Shown in pieces: positions 10,231 through 23,669 of a DNA stretch of 64,000 nt (positions are counted from its first letter, which is position 1; the number at the start of each line of letters is the position of its first letter). Source of the DNA: an uncultured Actinomycetota bacterium (GTDB lineage: Bacteria; Actinomycetota; Actinomycetes; Propionibacteriales; Nocardioidaceae); contig CAWGZQ010000001.1 in assembly GCA_963827185.1 (NCBI GenBank), forward strand, positions 88,644 through 152,643, in the 5' to 3' direction. The notes beneath the pieces were generated by a model, which ran no database searches, had not been told where the DNA came from, and saw only the letters and a program-made list of their open reading frames with translations. The translations under genes were made by a program, and so were the position numbers.

Positions 10231-12990
10231 TCAGCGGTCGCGCACCGCGCCGGTGACCCGGTCCCTGCGCGTCCGCGGCAGCGCGCGCGACCGCAGGGTG
10301 ACCCGCTCGGCGCCCTCCGCGTACTCGTCGACCCGCACCGGCAGCCGCACCAGGACGCAGTGGTCCCGCCCTGGGGTGATCTCGCAGAACGAGCGGTAGT
10401 CCCGACCGGCGTACAGCAGGCCGGGTCGGATCAGCCGGTCCGGCAGCTCCCACGACTTCACGAACGCTCGATCCAGATCGCCGATCCGCAGCCGGTTTCT
10501 GGCGGTGGGCGCCACCGGGTAGGCAGCCACGCCGGTCCAGTAGCCGACCGGGCGGGCCAGCCGCGCCTCGAACACGAGGGAGTGGCCCTCCGTGATCGGC
10601 GTGGCCCGGACCCGGGTCCGGAGCGCGGGCGTGGGGTCGTCGTCGATGATCCGCAGCTCACCCACGTACGACGTCGGCATCACCCCGGCGATCGGGTAGG
10701 CGATCGCCGACAGGGTGCGGTTGAGGTCGTCGAGCCGGTTGGCGGGCACCTCGAAGGACACCGACCCTCCGGTACTGCCCGCCGGCACCGTCACGGTCAG
10801 GGAGGGCCCGGAAACGGGGTAACCCTGCCGGCCGATCCGCGTGGTCAGGACTCGGATCCTGCCGTCCACGCCGGCCGGACCGGAGACGTCGTACGGGAGC
10901 TCGACCTGGTGCACGCCGCCCTGGCCTTCGGTCACCTTGATCCGCTGGAAGGCGAGCGTGCGCAGCCGCTGCTCGGGAACCGGCGGCAGCGCACCGGTCG
11001 GTACGGCGGCGAGGTCGAGCACCCACGCCCGGCCGGTCCCTTCGTGGGCGACCAACGTCACCGATCGGATGTCCGCGGCGTCCAGGCCCGGGTCGAGACC
11101 GCTGGTCGGAATCCGCAGCACCTGCGCCACCGCGGTGCCGCCGTACTCGCGCAGGGGCTCGGCGGGGAGCTCCGCACCAGCGCCGAGCTCGACGGTGTCG
11201 GTGTGGCCGGCACCGTCGGCGAGCGTCACGTCGAAACCGGCGGCGTCGGAGCCCAGGGGCAGCAGCGCGCGCACCTCGAGCCGCTCGGCGTCCGAGACGT
11301 CCAGGGGCTGCGCCAGCAGGAGTCGGCCGTCCGGGTCCTCCGGCGTCCAGTTCACCTCGACTGCCTGGCGGGTGGGAGGCGCCGGGGACCCGAACCCGAA
11401 CCCCGTGAAGTGCGGGGTGCTCCACTCACCCAGGTCATCATCAAGGTGCCGGCAGTTGGTCGGGTGGCGGCCCAGCCTTCCGACGCACAGCCGGGTCGAG
11501 GGGTCGGCCGGGTCCGCGTCCAGACCAGCACCCGGGCGACGCACGTCGCGACCGGCGCCGAGCGCGTGGCTGCGGATGTCGAACGCCGACGTCGGCGCGA
11601 CCCGCGCGCCGGAGCCGTCGAACAGCGGCAGATAGTCGGCGGACCCCTCGAACGTGGCCACCGCAGCGGCCAGATAGGCCGCTCCGACGATTCGCTGCTG
11701 CTCGGCGGTCAACCGGGTGGCTGCACCCTCCTGGCACGGTCCCGCGGCGTCGTTGTTGTCGTCGTAGGACGGGGCGGTGGAGCTGCCCGGTGTCCACTCG
11801 GTGTTGAAGAAGTTGTGGTTGGCGCCCATCACCAGGACGGTGCTGTGCAGGGCGTCGTCGTCGGCCGCGGCGTCCCGCGCGACGTCGGTGTACAGCTGGC
11901 CCTGCAGGTCCGACAGGTCGCCGTCACAGAACGGGAGCACGGACACCGTGGGCACGTAGGCCGCGGCCTGCCGACCGAAGTTCGTCGGCCCCAGCAGCAC
12001 CTGCCCCACCACCCGGTACGGCGCGTCCAGCGGGATCGTCTCGGCCGCGCGGTTGACGCCCTCACCGCCGCGGCTGTGACCGATCAGGACCACCCGGCTG
12101 AGGTCCGTCGCGACCCCGAGCTCAGCCAGCGCGATCCCCGGCAGTGCGTCGAGGTGCCGACGGACGAGGTCGGCCCGAGCGTCCGCGCCACCCTCCTCGA
12201 TCAACCCGTCCTGGGCGTTGATGCCGTTGGCGGCGACCGACACGGTGAGGTAGCCCTGGCTGGCCAACAGCTCTTGTGCGTAGGTGTAGCCGAGATGACT
12301 GGGGACCGGGATCGACGGGGCCCGGCAGGGCCAGTCGAAGGCGGCGCCGTGGGGGTCGCCCGGGAGGTAGCACCAGTCGTGACGTCCGTGCAACAGCAGC
12401 ACCACCGGGCGGGGTCCGGGCGCGGCCACCGGAGCGACGATGTGACCGACCATCTCCAGCCTCCGCATCCCCCCGTGCTTGAACGAGGGCAGCCGATAGT
12501 CGGTGTCGACGACGTCGTACGGGCCGGCGGCGGTGGGGTCGTCCGGCAGGACCGGACCGGCCGGCGCCGGCTCGACCGGGGCGATCGCCGCCCTCCGCGG
12601 CGCGGGCTCGTCGAGCAGCCGACCGGACAGCTCCACGTCGAGGTCGGCCGGGTCCGGGGGCGCAGCGAGCGGCTCGGCGAGCCGCAAGGTGCGGCCGTCG
12701 GGCTCGACCAGCACCGGGCCGAGCGGGACGCCGTCGAGCAGGAACTCGGGCCGGTCGCCACCGATCGGCAGCCGGTCCGGTGCGGTCCAGGTGACGGTGG
12801 CTCCACCGGCCGGTGCGGGCTCGACGGCCCACACACCGGGGTCGTGGGGCTCCGCGGCGGCCACCGGCAGTGCCGGAGCCGTTGACACCGATCCGGCAGC
12901 CGGCTCCGCCAGGGCGGACAGCCCCGCCGTCCCGATCACGCCGACGAGGGCAGCGACCATGCCGCTACGCCACGAACTGGGCATTGTCAT
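10231..12990 (-). CDS. Large secreted alpha/beta-hydrolase with C-terminal beta-rich (Calx-beta-like) domains
   Basis: Signal peptide, LHGRH, GHSRGGEG nucleophile elbow, CDGD, GANHNFFN; AAGGAG RBS before the ATG at 12990. Confidence 0.7.
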   Translation of the reverse strand: MTMPSSWRSGMVAALVGVIGTAGLSALAEPAAGSVSTAPALPVAAAEPHDPGVWAVEPAPAGGATVTWTAPDRLPIGGDRPEFLLDGVPLGPVLVEPDGRTLRLAEPLAAPPDPADLDVELSGRLLDEPAPRRAAIAPVEPAPAGPVLPDDPTAAGPYDVVDTDYRLPSFKHGGMRRLEMVGHIVAPVAAPGPRPVVLLLHGRHDWCYLPGDPHGAAFDWPCRAPSIPVPSHLGYTYAQELLASQGYLTVSVAANGINAQDGLIEEGGADARADLVRRHLDALPGIALAELGVATDLSRVVLIGHSRGGEGVNRAAETIPLDAPYRVVGQVLLGPTNFGRQAAAYVPTVSVLPFCDGDLSDLQGQLYTDVARDAAADDDALHSTVLVMGANHNFFNTEWTPGSSTAPSYDDNNDAAGPCQEGAATRLTAEQQRIVGAAYLAAAVATFEGSADYLPLFDGSGARVAPTSAFDIRSHALGAGRDVRRPGAGLDADPADPSTRLCVGRLGRHPTNCRHLDDDLGEWSTPHFTGFGFGSPAPPTRQAVEVNWTPEDPDGRLLLAQPLDVSDAERLEVRALLPLGSDAAGFDVTLADGAGHTDTVELGAGAELPAEPLREYGGTAVAQVLRIPTSGLDPGLDAADIRSVTLVAHEGTGRAWVLDLAAVPTGALPPVPEQRLRTLAFQRIKVTEGQGGVHQVELPYDVSGPAGVDGRIRVLTTRIGRQGYPVSGPSLTVTVPAGSTGGSVSFEVPANRLDDLNRTLSAIAYPIAGVMPTSYVGELRIIDDDPTPALRTRVRATPITEGHSLVFEARLARPVGYWTGVAAYPVAPTARNRLRIGDLDRAFVKSWELPDRLIRPGLLYAGRDYRSFCEITPGRDHCVLVRLPVRVDEYAEGAERVTLRSRALPRTRRDRVTGAVRDR

Positions 12991-13097
12991 CCGCGTCTCC
13001 TTCGACCTGCGCCGGCGGGACCAAACTAGGGGTCCCACGACAGGGGAGACGCACAAAAGCGCAAAGTGGTTGCGACCGGACCTGCCATGCTGACCGG

Positions 13098-13452
13098 ATG
13101 GACACCGTCGCGATCGTGCTCGTCGCCCTGGTCGCGGCCCTGCACCTCTACTTCCTGGTGCTCGAGATGTTCCTCTGGACCAAGCCGATGGGGCTCAGAG
13201 ACGTTCGGCAACGCGCCGGAGTTCGCCGAGGCGAGCAAGGTGCTGGCGGCCAACCAGGGCCTCTACAACGGCTTCCTGGTCGCCGGTCTGGTCTGGGGCC
13301 TTGCCTCGGAGCAGGACGACGTGACGATCTTCTTCCTCGTGTGCGTCATCGTCGCCGGCCTGTACGGCGCCGCCACCGTGAGCGTGCGGATCCTCGCCGT
13401 GCAGGCGTTCCCGGCGCTACTCGCCCTCGTCGGGGTCCTGCTCGCCCGCTGA
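13098..13452 (+). CDS. DUF1304 membrane protein; frameshift near 13200
   Basis: ALHLYFLVLEMFLW, then LAANQGLYNGFL in a shifted frame. Confidence 0.8.
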
Positions 13453-13944
13453 CCGGGCCTGGTCCTCGGCTTCGAGCCAGCCGCGGAACGCCGCCAGGTT
13501 GTCCGTCGGCTCGCCGCGCTCTCGACGCCACTCCCACTCCTTGCGGATCGAGGAGGCGAAGCCGAGCTCGAGGATCGTGTTGAACGACTCGTCGGCGTAC
13601 GACAGCACCGATCCGAGCAGCCGGTCCAGCTCCTCGACGGTGGCGGCGCTCAGCGGCAGCCGCGCGTCCAGGTAGATGTCGCCGAGCGGGTCGAGGCCGA
13701 ACGCGACGGCGTACATGCGTAGGTTGCGTTCGAGCAGCCAGCGATAGACCTGCTCGTGGTTCTCGTCGGGCTTGCGACAGACGAACGCGTGGATGCCCAG
13801 CGCGTGCGGGCCGACGTCGAGCCGGACGGCCGTCTGCAGCTTCTTCTCGCCGGGCAGCGCGAACGAGAACACCCCGGCTGGGGCCTCGTCGAACTCGATC
13901 TCGTTGGCGTCGAGGTACTCCCGGATGGCGCTGGCTGGGTTCAC
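13417..13944 (-). CDS. YbjN-domain protein
   Basis: [25 protein letters not shown]; GTGA overlap with mshA, the usual actinobacterial pairing. Confidence 0.85.
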   Translation of the reverse strand: MNPASAIREYLDANEIEFDEAPAGVFSFALPGEKKLQTAVRLDVGPHALGIHAFVCRKPDENHEQVYRWLLERNLRMYAVAFGLDPLGDIYLDARLPLSAATVEELDRLLGSVLSYADESFNTILELGFASSIRKEWEWRRERGEPTDNLAAFRGWLEAEDQARSAGEQDPDEGE

Positions 13945-15200
13945 CCCACCGACTCTCGCATGAACCCGCGGGCCCGCTCGTAGACCCCGAGGGTTCCGAC
14001 GGCCGTGGCGTCCCACGAGAACTCCTTCGCGTGCTCGACCGCGCCCACCCGGAGCCGGTCGAGAAGGTCCGGGTCGTCGACGACCCGGCGCAACGCGTGC
14101 GCCCACGAGCCCGGCTCGTGGTCGTCGAGCAGCAGGCCGCTCACCCCGTCGCGGACCACCGTGGTGAGCCCGCCCACGGCGGCCGCGAGCACCGGGGTGC
14201 CGCAGGCCTGGGCCTCGGCGGCAACCAGGCCGAAGGACTCGTTGTAGGAAGGTACGGCGACCAGGGTGGCCGCGGCGTACCACCTCGCCAGCTCGGTCTG
14301 CGCGACCGGCGGCACGAACCGCACCACGTCGTCGATGCCGAGCTCTCGGGCCAGGCCGGCCAGGGCCGTGGGTCGCTCGAGGCCGGTGCCGGAGGGGCCA
14401 CCGACGACCGGCACCACGACCCGGGACCGCAGGTGCGGCGCGCGCTCGAGCAGCACCGCCACCGCACGCAGCAACACATCGGGGGCCTTCAGCGGCTGGA
14501 TCCGGCCGGCGAACATGAGCACCAGCGCGTCGTCGGGCAGGCCGAGCTCGCGGCGTACCGAGGACCGGTCCAGTGGCCGGAACGTGGCCAGGTCGACTCC
14601 TGGATGCACCACCTCGACCCGCCCGGGATCGGCGTCGTAGAGGTTGATCAGCTGCTTGGCCTCGACATCGGTGTTGGCGATGAGCATGTCGGCGGCCTCG
14701 ACCACCTGGTCCTCGCCGATGATCCGCGCCTCGGGTTCGGGGACGTCGTGGTCCGCCAGCGCACCGTTCTTGACCCTGGCCATCGTGTGCATGCTGTGCA
14801 CGAGCGGCACGCCCCAGCGGTCCCGGGCCAGCGCGCCGACCTGTCCGGACAGCCAGTAGTGGGAGTGCACGGCGTCGTAGTGGCCGACCGGGTGGGCAGC
14901 CTCGGCGCGCAGCACCTCGCGGGCGAACACGCACAGCTGCGCGGGCAGCTCGTTCTTGGTGAGCCCCTCGAACGGCCCGGCGTGGATGTGCCGCACCGCT
15001 ACGCCGTCCGCCACCGGGACCAGCGGGTCGAGTGTCGAGTCGGTGGCCCGGGTGAAGATGTCGACCTCGATGCCGCGCTTGGCCAGGCGCCGGGCCAGCT
15101 CGACGACGTAGACGTTCATCCCGCCCGCGTCACCCACACCGGGCTGGTCGAGGGGGGACGTATGCAGGCTGATCATGGCCAGCCGACGGAGGGACTCCAC
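13941..15200 (-). CDS. mshA: D-inositol-3-phosphate glycosyltransferase (mycothiol synthesis)
   Basis: [49 protein letters not shown]. Confidence 0.96.
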   Translation of the reverse strand: MESLRRLAMISLHTSPLDQPGVGDAGGMNVYVVELARRLAKRGIEVDIFTRATDSTLDPLVPVADGVAVRHIHAGPFEGLTKNELPAQLCVFAREVLRAEAAHPVGHYDAVHSHYWLSGQVGALARDRWGVPLVHSMHTMARVKNGALADHDVPEPEARIIGEDQVVEAADMLIANTDVEAKQLINLYDADPGRVEVVHPGVDLATFRPLDRSSVRRELGLPDDALVLMFAGRIQPLKAPDVLLRAVAVLLERAPHLRSRVVVPVVGGPSGTGLERPTALAGLARELGIDDVVRFVPPVAQTELARWYAAATLVAVPSYNESFGLVAAEAQACGTPVLAAAVGGLTTVVRDGVSGLLLDDHEPGSWAHALRRVVDDPDLLDRLRVGAVEHAKEFSWDATAVGTLGVYERARGFMRESVG

Positions 15201-15223
15201 ACCACCGCAACCGCGGGAATCGG

Positions 15224-15565
15224 TCAGTGATTCCCGTGGAAGGGACGGGTGAGGAAGGCGACCAGGGCCACGACCACCCCGGCAGCGCCGAATCCACCGT
15301 CGATCGAGCTGTCCGGACCGTTGTCTCTCGCGAGCTCGAGGACCGACCACACGAGGAGGGGGAACGCCACCGCGACGAGCAGGCGCAGCGGTGGTGCACT
15401 GCTGCTCACGAGTGCCGCGCCGGCGGCGGCGGCCCCGATGCCGAGCAGGATGAAGCCCACCGGGCCCAGCACGTCCTGGTCCGAGAACGCCCTGATGACC
15501 CAGCACAGTCCCCCGACCAGCCCGAACGCGGTGGCGACGGATCGAAGGCTCATCCGAGATCCCAT
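15224..15565 (-). CDS. Small membrane protein
   Basis: Four hydrophobic segments; fills the gap upstream of mshA. Confidence 0.6.
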   Translation of the reverse strand: MGSRMSLRSVATAFGLVGGLCWVIRAFSDQDVLGPVGFILLGIGAAAAGAALVSSSAPPLRLLVAVAFPLLVWSVLELARDNGPDSSIDGGFGAAGVVVALVAFLTRPFHGNH

Positions 15566-15612
15566 GAGGACGCAGTGTGCCAGGGTGGCGCGAGCCCGGC
15601 CAGACTGTGTGG

Positions 15613-16377
15613 ATGACCTCCACACCCTCCGACAGCCCGCGCTCGGCCGTCGTCACCGGCGCCAGCAGCGGCATCGGGGCCGCGACCGCGCGGAGCCTGG
15701 CCGCGGCCGGGTTCCACGTCTTCTGTGCCGCCCGCCGCACCGATCGGGTCGAGTCCCTTGCGGCCGAGATCGGGGGTACGCCGGTCACCTGCGACGTCAC
15801 CTCCGACGCCGACGTCGCCGCCCTGGCCGAGCTGGTCGGACCCTCGCTCGACGTCCTCATCAACAATGCCGGCGGCGCCTACGGCCTCAACCCGGTCGTC
15901 GAGGCCGACACCGACGACTGGCAGCGGATGTACGACGTGAACGTGATCGGCCTGGTCCGGGTCACCCAGGCCCTGGTCCCGGCCCTGGTCGCGTCCGGCG
16001 CCGGCGTGATCCTCAACGTCGGCTCCACCGCGGGCCGGATCGCCTACGAAGGCGGGGGCGGCTACACCGCCGCGAAGCACGGCACCCAGGTGGTGACCGA
16101 GACCCTGCGGCTCGAGCTGTTCGACCAGCCGGTCCGGGTCTGCGAGATCGCACCCGGGATGGTGCGATCCGACGAGTTCGCGCTGGTGCGGTTCGCGGGC
16201 GACCAGGAGCGGGCCGACCAGGTCTACGCCGGCGTCGCCGAGCCGCTGGTCGCCGAGGACGTCGCCGACGCGGTCACCTGGATGGTCACCCGCCCGCCGC
16301 ACGTCAACATCGACAGCCTGGTGATCAAGCCGCGCGCCCAGGCCGCACAGCACAAGGTGCACCGGGTCGCCGAATAG
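15613..16377 (+). CDS. Short-chain dehydrogenase/reductase (YdfG-like)
   Basis: [24 protein letters not shown]. Confidence 0.9.
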   Translation: MTSTPSDSPRSAVVTGASSGIGAATARSLAAAGFHVFCAARRTDRVESLAAEIGGTPVTCDVTSDADVAALAELVGPSLDVLINNAGGAYGLNPVVEADTDDWQRMYDVNVIGLVRVTQALVPALVASGAGVILNVGSTAGRIAYEGGGGYTAAKHGTQVVTETLRLELFDQPVRVCEIAPGMVRSDEFALVRFAGDQERADQVYAGVAEPLVAEDVADAVTWMVTRPPHVNIDSLVIKPRAQAAQHKVHRVAE

Positions 16378-16417
16378 CGCGGCCCCACGGGGCCCGGTCC
16401 CGTGGCAGACTGCCGCC

Positions 16418-17107
16418 GTGGAGACGATCGGACTGATCGGCGGGATGAGCTGGGAGAGCAGCGCCGCCTATTACCAGGCCCTCAATGTCGGCGTGGAGAC
16501 GCGGATCGGGGGGTTCAGCTCGGCGAAGACCGTGATGACCTCCGTCGATTTCGCCGAAGTGACCGCCCTGCAGGAGCAGGAGCGCTGGGACGACGTCGCG
16601 GAGATCCTGGCCGCCGCCGCCCAGGGGGTGGAACGCGCCGGCGCCGACTTCCTGATGCTGTGCACGACGACGTTCCACCGGGTCGCGGAGCAGGTGGAGG
16701 CGGCGATCGACATCCCGCTGCTGCATCTGGCCGACGTGGTCGCCAAGGCATGCACGGCGCAGCGGCTCGACACGGTCGCGCTGATCGGCACCACGTTCGC
16801 GATGTCCCGCAGCTTCTTCACCGACCGGATCGCCAGCCACGGGCTGGAGGTGCACGTCCCCGACGAGCGGCACCACGAGACGATCAACCGGATCATCTAC
16901 GACGAGCTGGTGCACGGGAAGGTGCTCGACAACTCCCGGCGCACCATCGTCGGCCTGATCGAGGAGCTCTGGGACGGCGGCGCCGGCGGACTGATCCTGG
17001 GCTGCACCGAGCTCGAGCTGCTGGTCCACCAGGCCGACTCCGAGCTCCCGGTGTTCCCGTGCACGACGCTGCATGTCGAGGCCGCGCTCGACCGGGCGCT
17101 GGCCTGA
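16418..17107 (+). CDS. Aspartate/glutamate racemase family protein
   Basis: IGLIGGMSWESS, LCTTT, ILGCTEL two-cysteine motifs. Confidence 0.9.
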   Translation: METIGLIGGMSWESSAAYYQALNVGVETRIGGFSSAKTVMTSVDFAEVTALQEQERWDDVAEILAAAAQGVERAGADFLMLCTTTFHRVAEQVEAAIDIPLLHLADVVAKACTAQRLDTVALIGTTFAMSRSFFTDRIASHGLEVHVPDERHHETINRIIYDELVHGKVLDNSRRTIVGLIEELWDGGAGGLILGCTELELLVHQADSELPVFPCTTLHVEAALDRALA

Positions 17108-17112
17108 GACCG

Positions 17113-17493
17113 ATGGCCGTCGAGCTCAACCACACGATCGTCATCGTCCGGGACCGGGACGCCGCTGCGCGACAGGTCGCCGAGACCCTCGGGCTCGGCA
17201 CGCCCGGGTCGTACGGCCCCTTCGCCGTGGTCGAGCTGGCCAACGGCGTGAGCCTCGACTTCATGGAGCGCACCGGTGAGATCGAGGGCCAGCACTACGC
17301 GTTCCTGGTGAGCGACGACGACTTCGACGCCATCCAGGGACGGCTGCGCGATCGCGGCGCCCAGTGGTGGGCTGACCCGTTCCGGCGCAGCCCGGGCGAG
17401 ATCAACACCAACGACGGTGGCCGCGGGCTCTACTGGGAAGGCCCCGACGGCCACTGGCTGGAGATCATCACGGTGCCGTACGGCGGCGGCTGA
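17113..17493 (+). CDS. VOC/glyoxalase family protein
   Basis: [29 protein letters not shown]. Confidence 0.88.
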   Translation: MAVELNHTIVIVRDRDAAARQVAETLGLGTPGSYGPFAVVELANGVSLDFMERTGEIEGQHYAFLVSDDDFDAIQGRLRDRGAQWWADPFRRSPGEINTNDGGRGLYWEGPDGHWLEIITVPYGGG

Positions 17494-17544
17494 GGCACCA
17501 CCGTCGATTCGTCAGCGAGTGGGCTTCCGGTTGAGAATTGCCGG

Positions 17545-19424
<1,880 letters not shown>

Positions 19425-19428
<4 letters not shown>

Positions 19429-20624
19429 ATCCTGGCCGGCGCGGCGGTGCACTCGTGCCGCGCGAGCATCTCCGCACGCCGGGCGCTCGGCGGGCAGAAC
19501 GGCAGCGCGGCCACCGTCAGGAGCGCGGCGCCGATGAGGATCCGGCCGTAGCCGAGCTGCTCGAGCGCGATGCCGGCAAGGGTCGGACCGAGCAGGGTCC
19601 CCACGGTGAGCGCCGTGTTCACGGCCGCGAGGCCGGCCGCGGGGTGGTCCGCGAACACCCGCGAGCTCCAGATGCCCTGGGCCGCGATGATCGCGCAGTA
19701 GAACACGCCGAACGCCATCGCGCTGGCCAGCGCCGCGGGCACCTGTCCGGTGGCGAGACCGAAGACCGCCAAGGCCACGGCGAGCAGCCCGCAGCCGAGC
19801 AGGTAGCCGGCCCGCAGACCGAGCCGGTCGTAGGCCGCGCCGCTGAACGACGCGAGCACGCTGGCCACGCCGCACGCGGCGTAGGCGATCCGAGCCGTCG
19901 TGGGGTCCACACCACCGGCCCGCATCGCATCCACACCGAAGGCCCACCAGATCGAGCTGGTCAGCCCGACGATCACCGCCGACAGCAGCAGCGGCCGGGA
20001 GCGCGGGCAGAAGAACCAGGTCCACCTCAACTGCGGTCGGCTGGCCCGCACCCGCGGTTCGCTGTCCGGCGCGAGCCGGACGGCGAGAACCCCGGCGAGC
20101 ACCGCCAGCACCACGAAGCCGGACCAGGCCAGGCGCCACTGGTCGCCGGCGACGATCGCGATCGGTCCGGCCACGGCCACGCCCCAGCCGGTCCCGGAGC
20201 TGATCACGGCCCACGCGGTGTCGCGCTTCGGCGCCGCCACGTTGCTTTGGACGAGCTCTGCGTAGGGCGGGTAGGCGAGCCCCGCGGCGGCGCCGGCGAC
20301 GATCACTCCGAGGGCCAGCCCGGGGACCGAGTTGGCCCCAGCGATCGCCGCCATGCCGACCGCAGCCAGGCCGGCGGCGAGACCGACGGCGACCCGGGCG
20401 CCGTACCGCGCCAGCACCCACACCACTGAGGCGTTCGCGACCAGGTAGGAGAAGTAGGAGCCGGAGGAGATCAGCCCGGCGGCGTCCGCCCCCATCGCAT
20501 ACTCCGCCCGCATCTCCGGGAGCAGGAGTCCGTAGCCGTAGCGCGCCAGCCCGAAGCTGATGGCGATCATCGCCACCCCGGGCAGCACCGTGCGACCGGG
20601 TCGCATCGTCGTCGGCTCAGCCAT
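19425..20624 (-). CDS. MFS transporter (YbfB/YjiJ-like)
   Basis: FGLARYGYGLLLPEM, about 12 TM helices; coupled to the MarR gene. Confidence 0.85.
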
Positions 20625-21126
20625 CGGCGGGCACGGTGTGGCCCAGCGGGCACCCGGCACCGGTGTGGCAGGTGTCGCGGTCGCAGAGCCGACAGGTCCG
20701 CAGAGCCGGGACGTAGTCGCGGGCCAGCGCTCCCACGACCCGGCTCAGCAGCCCCTCGAGCCGATCCCGGTCCGCTGCCCCCAACGAGTCGACCGCCTCG
20801 GCGAGCACCGCCTCCCGCTCGCGAAGCAGGACCTGGGCCCGCTTCGCCCCCGGCGAGGTCAACCGCAGCTGGCGCTGCCGGGCGTCGGCACCGGGTGACC
20901 TGCTCACCCAGCCTCGCTCCACCAGTCGGTCGGCCAGCCGGGTCACTCCCGAGCTGGTCAGGCCGAGCACCTCGCCGAGCCACGACACCGGGCGATCCGG
21001 GTGGGTCAGCAGGGTGACGAGGGCCGCCTGCTCCGAGCTGGACACCCCGTGGTCCGCGCCGACGGACCTCAACCGGTCGCTCATCGTCAGCGAAAGTGCT
21101 CCGAGCAGGTTCTCCATGCGGGCCAT
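20617..21126 (-). CDS. MarR family regulator with Cys-rich C-terminus
   Basis: wHTH GVTRLADRL...DAR; C-terminal CRLCDRDTC...CP. Confidence 0.85.
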   Translation of the reverse strand: MARMENLLGALSLTMSDRLRSVGADHGVSSSEQAALVTLLTHPDRPVSWLGEVLGLTSSGVTRLADRLVERGWVSRSPGADARQRQLRLTSPGAKRAQVLLREREAVLAEAVDSLGAADRDRLEGLLSRVVGALARDYVPALRTCRLCDRDTCHTGAGCPLGHTVPADG

Positions 21127-21186
21127 GCCCACGATCATAATTTACCTGCCTGCCGCAGGCAATCGAAATGCTGACATACTGCCGCC

Positions 21187-22188
21187 GTGCTCCTCGACCT
21201 CCAGCTCGACGCCCGCCCCGATGCCGCCGCCGACCGCGCCCGCCACCTCGTGGCGGCCGGCGCCTCCGGGCTGTTCACGTTCGAGGGGCCGCACGACGTC
21301 TTCCTGCCGCTGGCGTCCGCCGCCGGTGCCGTCGAGACCGACCTGATGACCAACGTCGCCATCGCGATGCCGCGCAGCCCGTTGCATCTGGCGCACGCCG
21401 CGTGGGATCTGCAGCTGATGACCAAGGGCCGGTTCCGCCTGGGCCTCGGATCGCAGATTCGCGTGCACGTCGAGAAGCGGTACGGCGCCACCTGGAGCCC
21501 GCCGGCAGCCCGGATGCGCGAGATCGTGCTGGCCGTGAAGGCGATCCTGACGGCCTGGCAGGACGGGTCCCGCCTCGACTTCCGGGGCGAGCACACCCAG
21601 CACACGCTGATGCCCCCGACGTTCGTGCCCGGCCCGAACCCGTACGGGCCGCCGCCGGTGCTGCTCGGCGCGCTCGGGCCGGTGATGACGCGGACGGCGG
21701 CCGAGGTCGCCGACGGGCTGCTGGTGATGCCGTTCCACAGCCATCGGCACTTTCGCGAGCGAACCCTCCCGGCCGTGGCCGAGGGACTCGAACTCGCGGG
21801 CCGCGCCAGCCTCCCGATCTACCCGCAGGCGATCGTCGCGATGGGCGACACCCCCGCCGAGCAGGCCGCGTCCGCCGTCGGGGTGCGCGCGCTGCTCGCG
21901 TTCTACGGCTCCACGCCGGCGTACCGCCCGGTCCTCGAGGTCGAGGGCTGGGCCGACGCGCAGCCCGAGCTGAACGCGCTGTCCAAGACCGGTGACCTCG
22001 CCGCGATGATCGAGTTGGTCGACGACCGGATGCTGGCGACGCTCGCGGTGACCGGCACGCCCGAGGAGTGCGCCGTCGAGATCCGGCGGCGATTCGGTGA
22101 CGTGGCCGAACGGATCTGTGCCTACTTCCCCGGCTCGGATCCCCCGGCCGACCAGATCGGACGACTGGCGGCCGCCCTCAGGACCTGA
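21187..22188 (+). CDS. LLM-class (probably F420-dependent) oxidoreductase
   Basis: EGPHDVFLPL, TNVAIAMPRSP, LGLGSQIRVHVEKRYG, FYGSTPAY. Confidence 0.85.
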   Translation: MLLDLQLDARPDAAADRARHLVAAGASGLFTFEGPHDVFLPLASAAGAVETDLMTNVAIAMPRSPLHLAHAAWDLQLMTKGRFRLGLGSQIRVHVEKRYGATWSPPAARMREIVLAVKAILTAWQDGSRLDFRGEHTQHTLMPPTFVPGPNPYGPPPVLLGALGPVMTRTAAEVADGLLVMPFHSHRHFRERTLPAVAEGLELAGRASLPIYPQAIVAMGDTPAEQAASAVGVRALLAFYGSTPAYRPVLEVEGWADAQPELNALSKTGDLAAMIELVDDRMLATLAVTGTPEECAVEIRRRFGDVAERICAYFPGSDPPADQIGRLAAALRT

Positions 22189-22780
22189 GCCCGGTCCGCT
22201 CCGTGCGCTCGTCCTGGCCCACGAGCCAGGCAGCGAGCCCGCCGCCGATCGCGCCGAACAGGTGCCCCTGCCAGGAGATCCCCGGCTCGCTCGGGAACAC
22301 GCCGAGCAGCAGCCCGCCGTACATGAAGAACAGCACCATCCCGAGGATGATCTCGCCGGCCCTGCGGGTGAAGATCCCACGGATCATCAGGTAGACCAGC
22401 CACCCGAAGATGAGCACCGACGCGCCCAGGTGCACGCTGTTGGACGCGGCGATCACCCACACACCCAGGCCACCGACGGCCCAGATGATCGCGGTGGCCT
22501 CGAGCCCGCGAACGATGCCGGAGACGAGCACCAGGAAGCCGAGGACCAGCGCCGGGAGGGTGTTCGCCGAGAGGTGGCCCCAGCCGCCGTGCAGCAGCGG
22601 TGCGAACAGGATGCCGAGCAACCCCTCGCCCTCGCGCGGCTGGACGCCGTACTGGTCGAGCCGGTGGTTCATCGCGGCGTCGATGATCTCGATCACCCAG
22701 AGCGCGGCGACGAAGCCGCCACTCACCACGGCGGCCTGCACCCAGGTGGCCGGTCGATCGACGTCGCGGTATCCGCTCAT
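22178..22780 (-). CDS. Rhomboid intramembrane serine protease
   Basis: PLLHGGWGHL, HLGAS, SWQGHLFG. Confidence 0.9.
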   Translation of the reverse strand: MSGYRDVDRPATWVQAAVVSGGFVAALWVIEIIDAAMNHRLDQYGVQPREGEGLLGILFAPLLHGGWGHLSANTLPALVLGFLVLVSGIVRGLEATAIIWAVGGLGVWVIAASNSVHLGASVLIFGWLVYLMIRGIFTRRAGEIILGMVLFFMYGGLLLGVFPSEPGISWQGHLFGAIGGGLAAWLVGQDERTERTGLRS

Positions 22781-23664
22781 GACACCCATTGTGCGACCGC
22801 CGCCAACTGGTCGCGATCGGCACTGGTCGGCACCAGGTGCACCTCGTCGGCACCGGCCGCCGACATCGCGTCGAGCAGCTCCCCCAGCTGGGCTACGGAG
22901 CCGGCGAAGCCGGTGGTCGGCGCCATCGCGTCGACCAGACTCGTGGGCAGCCAGCTCATGTAGTGGCGCAGGTGCCGATGCACCTGCGCCCGGGCCGCTT
23001 CGACATCATCGTTGATCGCGAACCAGAAGGAGGTAGCCAGCCGTGGCGCGGGCCGGCCGGCGGCCGCCCAGGCCTCGCGCGCCAACGTGAACTGCTCGGC
23101 CGCTGCGGTGGCGTCCAGGTCGAGGGTGAAACCGGCCAGGCCATCCGCCCAGGCGGCAGCGGCGCGGATCGTGCGCGGACCCATGCTGCCGATGAGCAGC
23201 TCGGGCCCACCTGCCTGCACCGGCGATGGACCGACCGGGCCGACCTCGTCGGAGACCGGCTTCCCCGCCCACACCCGCCGCATCACGGCCACCCGCTCGG
23301 CCAGCCCGGCGATGGTCTGGGTGGCCGCATCCGCATCGACCGCCCGGTAGTCCTCGTCACGGCCGCCCACACCCAGGCCGACCGACAGCCGACCCCCGCT
23401 GAGGAGGTCGGCGGTCGCCAGCGACTTGGCCAGCATCACCGGATGGTGCAGCTGGGGCACCACGACCGTGGTGACCAGCCGCACCCGCTCGGTCCACGCC
23501 GCGACCGCCCCGAGCAGGGTCATGGTCTCGGGGTTGTCGAACGCCATCCGCTCGCCGAAGCAGAGCGCGGAGAACGGCCCGTCGTCCACGGTCCGCGACC
23601 AGGCCTCGAGCGTCGCTGCATCGAGCCCCGGCTCCATCACCGGCAGCGTCATCCCGATCTGCAA
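22777..23664 (-). CDS. LLM-class flavin-dependent oxidoreductase
   Basis: QIGMTLP, AKSLATADLLSGGRLSVGLGVG. Confidence 0.85.
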   Translation of the reverse strand: MQIGMTLPVMEPGLDAATLEAWSRTVDDGPFSALCFGERMAFDNPETMTLLGAVAAWTERVRLVTTVVVPQLHHPVMLAKSLATADLLSGGRLSVGLGVGGRDEDYRAVDADAATQTIAGLAERVAVMRRVWAGKPVSDEVGPVGPSPVQAGGPELLIGSMGPRTIRAAAAWADGLAGFTLDLDATAAAEQFTLAREAWAAAGRPAPRLATSFWFAINDDVEAARAQVHRHLRHYMSWLPTSLVDAMAPTTGFAGSVAQLGELLDAMSAAGADEVHLVPTSADRDQLAAVAQWVS

Positions 23665-23669
23665 GGGCG

